DNA of 64,000 nt from Candidatus Egerieisoma sp. (GCA_045531975.1 JAZSEZ010000052.1:34870-98869), one strand, 5' to 3'. Positions 19,434 through 29,320 are shown, counted from the stretch's first letter. Translations and numbers: made by a program. Notes: generated by a model from the letters alone, not told the origin.

Positions 19434-20315
19434 ATGAAAAAATTGATATTGTGTGCTGCAGTGGTAGCATTGGGTTTGTCCTCTTGTGTGGAGAACTCTG
19501 GAAAATATAAGGCATTGCAGGCAAAACTTGACTCGTTGCAAACGAATTACAATATTCAGGGGGCTGAACTGGATGAGGTATTTGCTACAATAAACGAAAT
19601 TGAGCAGGGTTTGAGCTCTATCCGTGAGAGCGAGAGTATCCTTGCTGTTCAGACAGCAGACGGACTGGAGATTAAGAAAGGTTCAAAAGAGCAGCTGAAA
19701 CAAGATGTGGAGGCTATTCAGGATGCCATAAAGAATTATCAGGAGGAGATTAAGAAACTCCAGAATGACAACAGGCTGCAGTCTTCACAGTTTAAGAAAA
19801 GGCTTGCTGCAATGCAGAAGGAACTTAAAGAGAAGTCTGCAATAATTGAGACAATCTCAAAACAGCTTGAGGAGAAAGAGGCTCAGATTATGCTGCAGAA
19901 CAAACAGATTGCCACATTGGACCAGGTTGTTTCAAACCTTAAGGATGAGGTTTCAAATTTGAATACAGAGGGTTCACAACTTAGGGCCAAGGTTGCAGAC
20001 CAGGAGGCGGAAATCTACTCTGTATATTATATTGTAGGTTCAAAAGCTGAACTTATTGAAGCTGGAGTGATGACAAAAGGGGGATTGTTCAAATCTTCAA
20101 AAGTATCATATCAGGCAGAGAAAGAGACCTTTATAAAAATTGACCTGCGAGAGATTTCAGAGATAAACACCAATGCCTCAAAAGCAAAGGTTATGTCTAT
20201 ACATCCTAAAGGGACATACGCTTTTGTTGAAAATGACGGCGAAATGATTCTTAATATATCTGACCCTGAGAAATTCTGGGAGCAGACCAAGTATCTTGTA
20301 ATTCAAGTAATGTAA
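19434..20315 (+). CDS. coiled-coil lipoprotein, hypothetical
   Basis: Has the lipobox MKKLILCAAVVALGLSSC and a long heptad-like E/K/Q/L-rich region. Confidence 0.6.
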   Translation: MKKLILCAAVVALGLSSCVENSGKYKALQAKLDSLQTNYNIQGAELDEVFATINEIEQGLSSIRESESILAVQTADGLEIKKGSKEQLKQDVEAIQDAIKNYQEEIKKLQNDNRLQSSQFKKRLAAMQKELKEKSAIIETISKQLEEKEAQIMLQNKQIATLDQVVSNLKDEVSNLNTEGSQLRAKVADQEAEIYSVYYIVGSKAELIEAGVMTKGGLFKSSKVSYQAEKETFIKIDLREISEINTNASKAKVMSIHPKGTYAFVENDGEMILNISDPEKFWEQTKYLVIQVM

Positions 20316-20328
20316 TAATATAAACCTG

Positions 20329-22431
20329 ATGAAAAAAACATTTACACTTGTGGCGGCTTGTGCTGCCATTTCATTAATGTCTTGCAAAACAGAGATGAAC
20401 AATCCATTATTAACAGAGTCCACTTATAGATATGAGGCTCCGGTTTTTGACAAGATTACCGAAGACCATTATCTGCCTGCTTTTGAAGCAGCTGTTGCAG
20501 AGGGTAAAAAAGAGATTGAGGCAATTGTTTCCAACCCCGATGCACCTACTTTTGAAAATACTATTCTTGCATTGGAATATGCAGGAGGCACTTTGAACAG
20601 AGTTGCCAGCATTTTCTATAACCTTAACGAGGCCAATACAAGTGACCGTATGCAGGAGATTGCTGAGCAGATCTCCCCTATGATGACTGAGTATTCCCTT
20701 TCAATTATGCTTAATGGAGACCTTTTCAATAGAGTTAAGGCTGTTTATGAGCAGAGGGAGTCTTTGAATCTTGATGCGGAGCAGGCAAAACTTCTTGAGA
20801 AAACTTACAAGGGCTTTGCAGACAATGGTGCCAACCTTTCTGCTGAGGACAAGGAGAAATACAGCAAAATACAGGAGGAACTCTCTCTTGCAACCCTTAA
20901 ATTTGGAAAGAATACCCTTGGTGCCACCAATGCGTATATTATGCACATAACAAAAGAGGAGGATCTTGCAGGACTTCCTGCTTTTGTAAAAGATGCAGCT
21001 GCTTTTGAGGCAAAGAACAGGAATCTTGAGGGTTGGGTAATAACACTGCAGCAGCCAAGCTACAGCCCTTTTATGCAGTATAGCGAGAAAAGGGAGCTTA
21101 GAGAGCAGCTTTGGAAAGCCTACAACTCAAAATGTATTGAGGGCGAGTTCAGCAACCTTGACATTATCAAACAGATTGTAGGTTTGAGAATTGAGGCTGC
21201 CAACCTTTTGGGCTACAACACATACGCAGATATGGCCCTTAAAGACAGAATGGCCAAAGATGCCCCTACAGTAAATGCTTTCCTTAAGAACCTGCTTGAC
21301 AAATCTATGCCATTTGCCAAGAAAGATGTAAAAGCTATTGCAGATTATGCAAAAGCAAACGGTTTTAAAGGTGAACTTATGCCTTGGGATTTCTCTTTCT
21401 ATTCAGAGAAACTTAAAAAGGAGAAATACTCCCTTAATGATGAGGTTCTTAAACCTTACTTCAAACTTGAGAATGTAACAGAGGCTGTTTTTGCCCTTGC
21501 AAATTCTCTTTACGGACTTAATTTCACCCCTGCTACAGATATCCCGGGCTACCACCCCGATGTTACAGTATATGATGTAACCGATGCCAACGGAAGACAT
21601 ATGGCCCTTTTCTATGCCGACTTTTTCCCAAGAGCAAGCAAGGGAGGTGGAGCTTGGATGACCTCTTTCCGCGAGCAGAGTTTTACAAAAGACGGAAAAG
21701 TTGAGAAGAGACCTCACGTTTCTATTGTGTGCAACTTTACAAAACCTACAGAGACTGAGCCTTCGTTGCTTACTTTCTATGAGGTTACAACTTTCCTTCA
21801 CGAGTTTGGTCACGCCCTACACGGTATTTTGGCTGAGGGTAAATATGCGTCCCTTACAGGTACCAGCGTAGCAAGGGATTTTGTTGAGCTTCCTTCTCAG
21901 ATTATGGAGAACTGGGCTACCGAGAAAGAGTATCTTGCATCTTTTGCAAAACATTACCAGACCGGTGAGGTTATCCCACAGGAACTTATTGACAAAATTA
22001 TTGAGTCCAAGAACTATAACAGCGGCTATTCAAGTGTAAGACAGTTACAGTTTGGTATTGAGGATATGGCTTGGCACTCTGTTACTGAAGTTCCTGCAGC
22101 AGATGTAGTTGCATTTGAAAAAGAGGCTGTAAAAGCTTGTGCTCTTATGCCGGATGTTCCTGCTACTGCATTCTCTCCTTCTTTCGGACATATTTTCAGC
22201 GGCGGATATGCTGCAGGATACTACTCATACAAATGGGCAGAGGTTCTTGAGGCTGATGCTTTCCAGGTTTTCAAAGAGGAGGGTATTTTCAATAAAGAGA
22301 CAGCCGAGAGATTCCGCAAGGAGATTCTTTCAAGAGGAAGCATTGAGGATGCTGATGTAATCTACAGAAACTTCCGCGGCAGGGATCCTGAGCCTGATGC
22401 ATTGCTTAAGAAATTTGGAATGGTTAAATAA
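20329..22431 (+). CDS. dcp: M3 family peptidyl-dipeptidase (Dcp-like) lipoprotein
   Basis: Has the zinc motif HEFGHALH. At 700 aa it matches the length and architecture of M3A peptidases. Confidence 0.8.
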   Translation: MKKTFTLVAACAAISLMSCKTEMNNPLLTESTYRYEAPVFDKITEDHYLPAFEAAVAEGKKEIEAIVSNPDAPTFENTILALEYAGGTLNRVASIFYNLNEANTSDRMQEIAEQISPMMTEYSLSIMLNGDLFNRVKAVYEQRESLNLDAEQAKLLEKTYKGFADNGANLSAEDKEKYSKIQEELSLATLKFGKNTLGATNAYIMHITKEEDLAGLPAFVKDAAAFEAKNRNLEGWVITLQQPSYSPFMQYSEKRELREQLWKAYNSKCIEGEFSNLDIIKQIVGLRIEAANLLGYNTYADMALKDRMAKDAPTVNAFLKNLLDKSMPFAKKDVKAIADYAKANGFKGELMPWDFSFYSEKLKKEKYSLNDEVLKPYFKLENVTEAVFALANSLYGLNFTPATDIPGYHPDVTVYDVTDANGRHMALFYADFFPRASKGGGAWMTSFREQSFTKDGKVEKRPHVSIVCNFTKPTETEPSLLTFYEVTTFLHEFGHALHGILAEGKYASLTGTSVARDFVELPSQIMENWATEKEYLASFAKHYQTGEVIPQELIDKIIESKNYNSGYSSVRQLQFGIEDMAWHSVTEVPAADVVAFEKEAVKACALMPDVPATAFSPSFGHIFSGGYAAGYYSYKWAEVLEADAFQVFKEEGIFNKETAERFRKEILSRGSIEDADVIYRNFRGRDPEPDALLKKFGMVK

Positions 22432-22441
22432 CTATCCGTAT

Positions 22442-23719
22442 ATGAACAGATTTGTTTCTACAATAATAATGGTGGCGCTTTCGGGCGCCATCTTTGCACA
22501 GGAGAACAGTAAAGTTTTCACAATTACTGCCTCTCCTGCCCAAAATACCCGTAATGAGATGAATTTCAGTTGGGCAACCGGCAGCCAGACTGGTACTGCC
22601 CTGTTGGAAATAACCTCCTTGAAGGACAAGAATTGGGAAAAAGCCGCAAGGAAGATGATTGATGGTGTATACTGTACAACTTATGACAGCATTTATTCCA
22701 AGGCTGCCAATGGGGAGAATTTTTACGAGAATGTAAAGATTAACAAGTATAATGCTTCGGTTGGCAATCTTAAGAAGAATAAAAACTACAAATACAGAAT
22801 AATTGCAGATGGTGATACCAGCAAGGTGCATTACTTTAAGACTTCCGGTGCAAAGGAGTGGAGTGCCTGCATCATTTCTGATTTTCACGTGTACTCCCCT
22901 TTGTATGGCAGAACAAAGGCTGCAATGGATATGATTGCCACTGTAGAGAAATATGGGAATCCGTTTGAGTGGATACTCCACCTTGGAGATATTACCGCCT
23001 GGGGCGGAAGTTACTCTTTCTGGAAAAACCTTTATGAGGAGAAACCTTTTGTGGATTATATGTGGGCAGGTGTGAACGGTAATCACGATAATATGACCCG
23101 TACCAACAAAGGGAATACCAACAAATTCTTCAGAGATGCAGCGGCATATCCCCATAACGGCTATGAGGGGGAGATGGGTGTATGCTACTTCTTCAAATAC
23201 GGCGATGTCCTTTTCATTATGCTTAACAATGAGAGTATGAGAACAGAAGAGGGATTGGAAAAGGCTCAGAAATGGGTAAGGGAGGTTGTGGAGAACAATC
23301 CGGCCCGTTATAAAGTGGTTTGCGAGCATTACCAGTGGTTCAATGGCAAAACCGGAAAAGAGGCCCAGTTCAGCCGCTGGAACCAGCTTTTTGATGAGCT
23401 TGGCATTTCATTGGCACTTGCCGGCAACAATCACATTTATGTGAGTACCCATCCTATATATAAGGGTGAGATTGCAGAGCCCGGCAATGGTACCACATAT
23501 ATACAATCTGTTTCTTCTGATAATGAGAGGGGTGAAGAGTGGGATTACAGCAAACCGCTGGAATTCAATACAGACAGAATAAAGTTCCGTTGGGGTGAAG
23601 GGCCAAAGACAATTGGTGGAATGCACCTGAATGTTACAAAAAAGAAAATGACCGTTACCTTGCTTGACAGGAACGGGAAGGTGCTGGATATTACTGAAGT
23701 TTTTCCCTGCAAAAAATAA
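22442..23719 (+). CDS. metallophosphoesterase (purple acid phosphatase-like), secreted
   Basis: Start is taken at MNRFVSTIIMVALSGAIFAQ. Motifs are ISDFH, GDITAWGG, GNHD and AGNNH. Confidence 0.7.
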   Translation: MNRFVSTIIMVALSGAIFAQENSKVFTITASPAQNTRNEMNFSWATGSQTGTALLEITSLKDKNWEKAARKMIDGVYCTTYDSIYSKAANGENFYENVKINKYNASVGNLKKNKNYKYRIIADGDTSKVHYFKTSGAKEWSACIISDFHVYSPLYGRTKAAMDMIATVEKYGNPFEWILHLGDITAWGGSYSFWKNLYEEKPFVDYMWAGVNGNHDNMTRTNKGNTNKFFRDAAAYPHNGYEGEMGVCYFFKYGDVLFIMLNNESMRTEEGLEKAQKWVREVVENNPARYKVVCEHYQWFNGKTGKEAQFSRWNQLFDELGISLALAGNNHIYVSTHPIYKGEIAEPGNGTTYIQSVSSDNERGEEWDYSKPLEFNTDRIKFRWGEGPKTIGGMHLNVTKKKMTVTLLDRNGKVLDITEVFPCKK

Positions 23720-23724
23720 GAAAA

Positions 23725-23755
23725 AGGGTGGCCAAAAGCCACCCTCAATTTTTGT
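23725..23755. terminator. rho-independent terminator between convergent genes
   Basis: AGGGTGGCCAAAAGCCACCCTCAATTTTT, followed directly by a copy of the TCGGGAAG motif. Confidence 0.75.
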
Positions 23756-23768
23756 CGGGAAGAAAAAA

Positions 23769-24356
23769 TTACTTCACAACTTTTACAAGCTCCACATCAA
23801 AGATAAGGGTTGCAAATGGTGGGATCTGTGCTCCGGCACCTCTCTCTCCGTATGCAAGGTTGTACGGTATATACAACTGCCATTTGTCACCCTCTTTCAT
23901 AAGCTGAAGTGCCTCTACCCAACCTGCAATAACCTGGGTAACACCAAATGTAGCAGTCTCACCTCTCTGGTAAGAGCTGTCAAATACAGTACCGCTGATA
24001 AGACGTCCCTCATAGTGGCACTCAACGCTGTCTGATGCTTTAGGGGTTGCACCGTTGCCTGACTGAAGCACTTTATACTGCAAACCGCTTGGAAGGGTTA
24101 CAACACCCTCTTTTTTGGCATTCTCTGCAAGGAACTGCTCACCCTCAGCCTTTAGAGCTGCAGTCTGCTCCTCCTGCAATTTTGTGAAATAGTCATTCAA
24201 AACCTGCTGAGCCTCCATAACGCTCATTTCAGGCTCCTGACCTGCCAATGAAGCTTTTATAGCTTTTACAAACTCCTCTACATTCAAATTCTGTACTCCG
24301 CTTGCCATAATGTTGTTGGCAATGCTCATACCCAATGCGTAACTTACTTTCTCCAT
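23769..24356 (-). CDS. FKBP-type peptidyl-prolyl cis-trans isomerase
   Basis: The C-terminal FKBP domain reads LPSGLQYKVLQSGNG...VFDSSYQRGETATFGVTQVIAGWVEALQLMKEGDKWQLYIP. Confidence 0.85.
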   Translation of the reverse strand: MEKVSYALGMSIANNIMASGVQNLNVEEFVKAIKASLAGQEPEMSVMEAQQVLNDYFTKLQEEQTAALKAEGEQFLAENAKKEGVVTLPSGLQYKVLQSGNGATPKASDSVECHYEGRLISGTVFDSSYQRGETATFGVTQVIAGWVEALQLMKEGDKWQLYIPYNLAYGERGAGAQIPPFATLIFDVELVKVVK

Positions 24357-24388
24357 ATTTGCTTAAAATTAAAGCGCAAAGATAATGA

Positions 24389-25666
24389 TTAAGCCTTAAT
24401 GTTTATAATCTCCTTTATATCCGTAGTATAATTGCCGCTCAAACAGCTCCTTTTCATCGCCCACCTCTCATTCTCCCCATCCTTCCCCTGCAAACCGCCC
24501 TGAACAGCTATCTTAAGGGTATCCCTCCCATATTTCTGGTTTATACTGTCAAGCACCTTGTTTATACTATTAATCTTCTCTACATCTTTGTGTTCAAACA
24601 GGTTCTGCTGCACCCCATTACAAGGGGAAATATCCCCCACAATAACCCCAGCCTTCTTGTAAAGGTACCCTTTGCGGTAAATCTGCTTCAACCCCTTCAG
24701 AGCCTCCCTCACCAGTTCCATAGTACCATCGGTTGCCTCCGGCAATTTTAAAGTAATGCTGTTGTAATATTTTGGAAGATCTTCCCGATAGAAATTTGTG
24801 AGTATATACACCGTTATATACCCCGCAACAGAGTTCTGATGTCTGAGTTTGCCGGCACAGGCCGCCGCAAAACTTGAAACCGCACTCTCCAGATCCTCCA
24901 AAGAGGAAACCATCTCCCCAAAGCTTCTGCTTGTGGTAATGGATTTCTTCTCCTCCCTTATATCCAGTTGGGTCACAGGTTGCCCGTTCAGCTCCATTTG
25001 AGTTCTAAGCCCTGTTATTCCCATATTCTTTTTTACCCACCAGGCACTCTTTTGGGTAAACGCGTATGCGGTATTCACCCCTTCACCCCTAAGGAATTTT
25101 GCATACCTGCGTCCTATTCCCCACACTTCCCCTATATCCAGTTTTTGCAGAGCCTTCTCCCTTTTCTCCGGGGTGTCAATTATACAGTAACCGTTATACC
25201 CTTTATATTTTTTTGCATACCAGTTGGCTACCTTTGCCAGGGTTTTGGTTGGGGCAATCCCCACACAAACCGGAATTCCGGTATACCTTCTCACTGTCCT
25301 TACAATCTGGGCCGCCTTCTCCACAATCTGATCTTGCGACATCCCCTTAAACGAAGCAAACGCCTCATCAATGGAGTAAATCTCCATACTGGGCACCATC
25401 TCCTGCAAAACATTCATCACCCTGCGGCTCATATCCCCATACAACCTGTAATTGCTTGAAAACGGCTGCACCTTATCCCCAAACTGCTCCTCCATCTGAT
25501 ATGCCGGCATCCCCATCTTCACCCCCAAATCCTTTGCCTCCTGGCTCCTTGAAACCACACACCCGTCATTATTGGAGAGCACAACAACAGCTTTCCCCTC
25601 CAACGCCGGATTGAAAACCTTCTCACACGAGACAAAAAAATTATTACAGTCAATTACCGCAAACAT
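24389..25666 (-). CDS. umuC: Y-family DNA polymerase (UmuC-like)
   Basis: The N-terminus MFAVIDCNNFFVSCEKVFNP and overall layout are typical of UmuC/ImpB. It lies downstream of a umuD-like gene. Confidence 0.8.
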   Translation of the reverse strand: MFAVIDCNNFFVSCEKVFNPALEGKAVVVLSNNDGCVVSRSQEAKDLGVKMGMPAYQMEEQFGDKVQPFSSNYRLYGDMSRRVMNVLQEMVPSMEIYSIDEAFASFKGMSQDQIVEKAAQIVRTVRRYTGIPVCVGIAPTKTLAKVANWYAKKYKGYNGYCIIDTPEKREKALQKLDIGEVWGIGRRYAKFLRGEGVNTAYAFTQKSAWWVKKNMGITGLRTQMELNGQPVTQLDIREEKKSITTSRSFGEMVSSLEDLESAVSSFAAACAGKLRHQNSVAGYITVYILTNFYREDLPKYYNSITLKLPEATDGTMELVREALKGLKQIYRKGYLYKKAGVIVGDISPCNGVQQNLFEHKDVEKINSINKVLDSINQKYGRDTLKIAVQGGLQGKDGENERWAMKRSCLSGNYTTDIKEIINIKA

Positions 25667-25740
25667 AACCTGTACCCGGTCCCCGGGTAGCGCTGTACTC
25701 GATCCCTGAGTGTACCTGTACCCGGTGACCGAGTTACATA

Positions 25741-26163
25741 TTAAAAACTTCTTATTGAATGAGTTACTATTCCCCAGATGATAAACTGGTTCTCCTGGGT
25801 AACCTTTATTGGTTGGAAAGATTCATTATGGGGCTGCAGCCATACGGCAACTACAGAACCGCCCTCACGTTCAAAGTGAATCTGTTTAAGGGTAAACTCT
25901 CCATCTATAAAACACACAGCTATAGCACCTTCCCGGGGCTCCAGAGACTTATCTATAATAAGGAGATCACCATCATAAATCCCGGCCCCTTCCATTGAAG
26001 AGCCACGCGCCCTCCCAAAGAAAGTGCTGGAAGGATTCTTTACCAGTTCCCTGTTCAAATCAATACCATTTTCCACATAATCCTGTGCAGGACTTGGAAA
26101 ACCGGCCTTAATCTCAGGTAACTCAACACTTGTACCGGCCAGAACTTTTTTAGTACTCATCAA
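25741..26163 (-). CDS. umuD: S24 LexA/UmuD-like autopeptidase
   Basis: Has the nucleophile context ARGSSMEGAGIYDGDLLIIDKS and a downstream Lys in EFTLKQI. Confidence 0.8.
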   Translation of the reverse strand: MMSTKKVLAGTSVELPEIKAGFPSPAQDYVENGIDLNRELVKNPSSTFFGRARGSSMEGAGIYDGDLLIIDKSLEPREGAIAVCFIDGEFTLKQIHFEREGGSVVAVWLQPHNESFQPIKVTQENQFIIWGIVTHSIRSF

Positions 26164-27346
26164 TAGCCCCCTTCAATTGAGTCATCGCCTGCTCCAACAT
26201 ACCAATACCACAACCTACATTAAGTCTCATATAACCCTCACCACCAGGACCAAAAGTACCACCATCATTAAGGGCCAGCCCGGCCTTTACCACAAACAGG
26301 TGCACAAGACGCTGCTGGTCTATACAGCCAAACAGTTTATGGCACAACTCCCTGCAATCCAACCAGATTAAAAATGAACTCAACGGTCTCACAGGCTTTA
26401 CAAGACCATTAAGATTCTCTTTGCAGAAATCCTCCACATAAACAACATTTCCCTCTATGTAATCCAACATTTTCATTCTCCAGTCATCTCCCTCTGTATA
26501 TGCAGCAATTGCTCCCAATGTGGCAAAAATTGTAGGACTGCTCAACTCATTAACCTGCATCCATTTATAGAACGGCACCCTTATCTTCTCATTGGGAACA
26601 ACAGCATACGAACTAACTATGCCAGCCATATTGAAGGTCTTGGAAGGGGCACCAAATGTAATGCTTATCTGGGCAGCCTCTTTACTAACAGATGCAAACG
26701 GAATATGTTCAGTCCCAAACAGCGGCATATCGGCGTGTATCTCATCTGAGATAACAAGAATATTATGCTCAAAACATATGGCGGCAAGTTCACGCAAAGA
26801 ATCAGCATCCCAGGCAATACCTCCAGGATTGTGAGGATTGCTTAAAATAAGCAGCTTGCAGTTGCCCTTAGAAGCAACCTCCCTAAGATTATCAAAATCC
26901 ATCCTGTAACCGCACCTTGCACCAGGCTCCTCAACCCTAATCAGAGGATTGAAAACCAGCTCCCTGCCGTTACCCTTTGGAAGATTCAAGAAAGGAGGAT
27001 ACACAGGAGGCTGCACAATAACTCCGTCACCGGGTTTGGTAAAATAGTTTATCACATACCCTATACCCTTAACAATACCTGGGATAAATGCCAGCCACTC
27101 ACTCTCCACTTCCCACCTCTGCTTCTCCCCCAACCATTTTACAATTGTAGGAAAATAATTGTGAGGAATAACATTATAGCCATAAACCCCATTATCCACC
27201 ACACCCTGAATAGCATTCTTCACACACTCCGGAGTTTTAAAATCCATATCCGCCACCCAAAGAGGCAGAAGATTGTCTCTCCCAAAATATTTCTGCAAGG
27301 CATCCACCTTAACTGAATATGAACCTTTTCTGTTAATATGTTCCAT
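26150..27346 (-). CDS. PLP-dependent C-S lyase / aminotransferase (MalY/PatB family)
   Basis: Has SNPHNPGG and the PLP-lysine context APSKTFNMAG. Confidence 0.8.
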   Translation of the reverse strand: MEHINRKGSYSVKVDALQKYFGRDNLLPLWVADMDFKTPECVKNAIQGVVDNGVYGYNVIPHNYFPTIVKWLGEKQRWEVESEWLAFIPGIVKGIGYVINYFTKPGDGVIVQPPVYPPFLNLPKGNGRELVFNPLIRVEEPGARCGYRMDFDNLREVASKGNCKLLILSNPHNPGGIAWDADSLRELAAICFEHNILVISDEIHADMPLFGTEHIPFASVSKEAAQISITFGAPSKTFNMAGIVSSYAVVPNEKIRVPFYKWMQVNELSSPTIFATLGAIAAYTEGDDWRMKMLDYIEGNVVYVEDFCKENLNGLVKPVRPLSSFLIWLDCRELCHKLFGCIDQQRLVHLFVVKAGLALNDGGTFGPGGEGYMRLNVGCGIGMLEQAMTQLKGAIDEY

Positions 27347-27434
27347 ATCTGTATCTGTTTATTCCACTATAAAACTATTGGATTCCACATATTATATGAA
27401 CTCCACATACAAATGATAAGATTAAAAAAATTGT

Positions 27435-27442
27435 TATATTTG
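27435..27442 (+). promoter_or_regulatory. Bacteroidota -7 box (TAnnTTTG)
   Basis: TATATTTG lies 43 nt upstream of the ATG at 27485. Confidence 0.4.
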
Positions 27443-27484
27443 TATTGTTATCGCAAATTTAATCAATCTTAAAAAACTACAATT

Positions 27485-27670
27485 ATGGGAACTATCATTT
27501 GGTTGGTTGGAACAGTATTGGCAATTATGGCTGTTATGGATGTTTTCAAGAAAAACATCAGTACAGGATGGAAAATTATCTGGTCTGTACTGCTTCTTGT
27601 AACCGGTTGGATCGGCTTGGCTGTATACTATTTATTTGCAAAAGATAAAATTGAGGGCTGGAGCAAATAA
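27485..27670 (+). CDS. PLD-nuclease-N-terminal (PLDc_N) small membrane protein
   Basis: Is 61 aa with two TM helices, the pattern AIMAVMDVFKK...WKIIWSVLLL...GLAVYYLF. Confidence 0.6.
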   Translation: MGTIIWLVGTVLAIMAVMDVFKKNISTGWKIIWSVLLLVTGWIGLAVYYLFAKDKIEGWSK

Positions 27671-27693
27671 TCCTCAACCCACTACAAAAAAAC

Positions 27694-27733
27694 AACGTGT
27701 CCCTAAACAGAAGTTTGGGACACGTTATTTTTT
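27694..27733 (+). terminator. rho-independent terminator
   Basis: AACGTGTCCCTAAACAGAAGTTTGGGACACGTTATTTTTTT. Confidence 0.8.
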
Positions 27734-27734
27734 T

Positions 27735-27931
27735 ACCTAAAAATTAACCTATGAAAAACCTATGCTAAAACAATTGCAAAGTTCATACCGCAAAGCGTAA
27801 ATCAGCGTAAAATTTTAACAAAAATCAAAAATTTATCCTTTTTTAAGATTTTTTCTTCCCGATAAATATTTTGGCACGCACTTTGTTTAACCTTATAACG
27901 AATAGTTTTTTTCATAGGTTAAATTTTAGGT
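27735..27931. repeat. 197-bp MITE-like element bounded by 24-bp inverted repeats
   Basis: 27735-27758 ACCTAAAAATTAACCTATGAAAAA matches the reverse complement of 27908-27931 at 23 of 24 positions. The interior carries the 17-mer TTTTCTTCCCGATAAAT. Confidence 0.7.
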
Positions 27932-27934
27932 TAG

Positions 27935-27985
27935 AGAATACGCCCCGGTCAAATAAAGTGATTGTAATTGACCGGGGCGTATTCT
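27935..27985. repeat. perfect 18-bp stem hairpin downstream of folC
   Basis: AGAATACGCCCCGGTCAA, a 15-nt loop, then TTGACCGGGGCGTATTCT. There is no adjacent T-run on either strand. Confidence 0.8.
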
Positions 27986-28001
27986 ATATATACCATTCAG
28001 G

Positions 28002-29318
28002 CTATCCGAAATATTCTATAGCCTCAGCTACCACAAAAGTACTTCCCCCTATAAAAATGAAATCACCCTTATTTGCTCCCGGTATTATTCTGCCCAAAAA
28101 CTCTCCTATCCCCTCCTGCACAGCCTCACCCCTGAAGCCATAAGAAATCATTTTCTCAGCCAATGTCTCTGCAGGCAACGCCCTAGAACCCCTGGCCTTC
28201 ACAAAATAATAATACGCATCCCTTGGCAAATACTCTACAATAGACTCAAGATCCTTATCGGCAACAACTCCAAAAATCATACTGAATTTACTTTGCGGAG
28301 AGTCCCCCCTTCTAACCTGCGCCGTTGCCTCTACTTGCGGACCAAGCACCTTAAAACCGTGAGAATTATGCCCGGTATCACAAATTACCAGCGGTTCCGC
28401 ACTTAAGGTTTCCCAGCGTCCCCTCAAACCGGTTATTTTTGCAGCACAGCATATATTATCAACCACATTCCCCACAAGCAACTCCCTTTGCAGCACCTCC
28501 AATGCAGCAGATACAGTCCTAATATTTTTCTCCTGACACGCCCCCTTCAAATCCATATCCGCACCAAGAAGCTCCCCATATACTCTTCCCGACAATCCTT
28601 CCCCAAGAACCTCATCCTCTGCAAAAACAATTGGAGCACCCATCTGTGCAGCCTTGGCTCTGAAAACTACCTCAACCTCCGGGCAACCTTTCTCCCCAAT
28701 AACCACTGGCACACCAGCCTTAATAATACCAGCCTTCTCCGCAGCAACTTCCGGCAAAGAAAAGCCCAAATGCTCACAATGGTCCAACCCAATATTGGTA
28801 ATTATAGAAACTGCCGGCGTAATGATATTGGTAGAATCCAGACGGCCACCCAAACCACACTCAACAACAGCAACATCCACATTCTCCGATGCAAAATAAG
28901 CAAAAGCCAAAGCCGTAGTAATCTCAAAAAAACTTGCCCCAAGCTCTACAAACCTCTCCTTATAAGATTGCAGGAACTCATACACAAACTCCTGTGAAAC
29001 CATCTGACCATTAACCTTCACCCTCTCCCTGAAATCCACCAGGTGCGGAGAAGTATACAACCCCACCTTATAACTCTTCTGCAAAGCAGCTGTTAGCATG
29101 TGACTTGTAGAGCCTTTCCCGTTAGTACCCGCCACGTGAACACATTTGAACTTACGGTGCGGATGCCCAAGCATCCCATCCAACGCCTCCATTGTCTCAA
29201 TCCCCGGCTTATACGCCACCTTCCCCACCATCTGATAAGACGGAAACCTGTTAAAAATAAAATCCAGCTCCTGCTGATACTCCTGTTGTGTCATCTCTGA
29301 TTGATTATCTGTATGCAA
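28002..29318 (-). CDS. folC: bifunctional folylpolyglutamate synthase / dihydrofolate synthase
   Basis: Has the Mur-ligase P-loop HVAGTNGKGST and the FolC-like layout. Length is 438 aa. Confidence 0.85.
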   Translation of the reverse strand: MHTDNQSEMTQQEYQQELDFIFNRFPSYQMVGKVAYKPGIETMEALDGMLGHPHRKFKCVHVAGTNGKGSTSHMLTAALQKSYKVGLYTSPHLVDFRERVKVNGQMVSQEFVYEFLQSYKERFVELGASFFEITTALAFAYFASENVDVAVVECGLGGRLDSTNIITPAVSIITNIGLDHCEHLGFSLPEVAAEKAGIIKAGVPVVIGEKGCPEVEVVFRAKAAQMGAPIVFAEDEVLGEGLSGRVYGELLGADMDLKGACQEKNIRTVSAALEVLQRELLVGNVVDNICCAAKITGLRGRWETLSAEPLVICDTGHNSHGFKVLGPQVEATAQVRRGDSPQSKFSMIFGVVADKDLESIVEYLPRDAYYYFVKARGSRALPAETLAEKMISYGFRGEAVQEGIGEFLGRIIPGANKGDFIFIGGSTFVVAEAIEYFG

Positions 29319-29320
29319 AA

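Noticed and set aside
22424-23329. A 301-aa ORF on the minus strand.
   Set aside because: It lies entirely antisense to the metallophosphoesterase gene, which has clear catalytic motifs. Its composition is Cys/His/Ile-rich with no recognisable motif, typical of a shadow ORF.
27872-27886. A sigma-54-like -24/-12 element, TGGCACGCACTTTGT.
   Set aside because: The spacing fits TGGCAC-N5-TTGC, but the critical -12 GC is GT. There is also no plus-strand gene downstream, because folC is on the other strand. It is most likely a chance match inside the MITE-like element.
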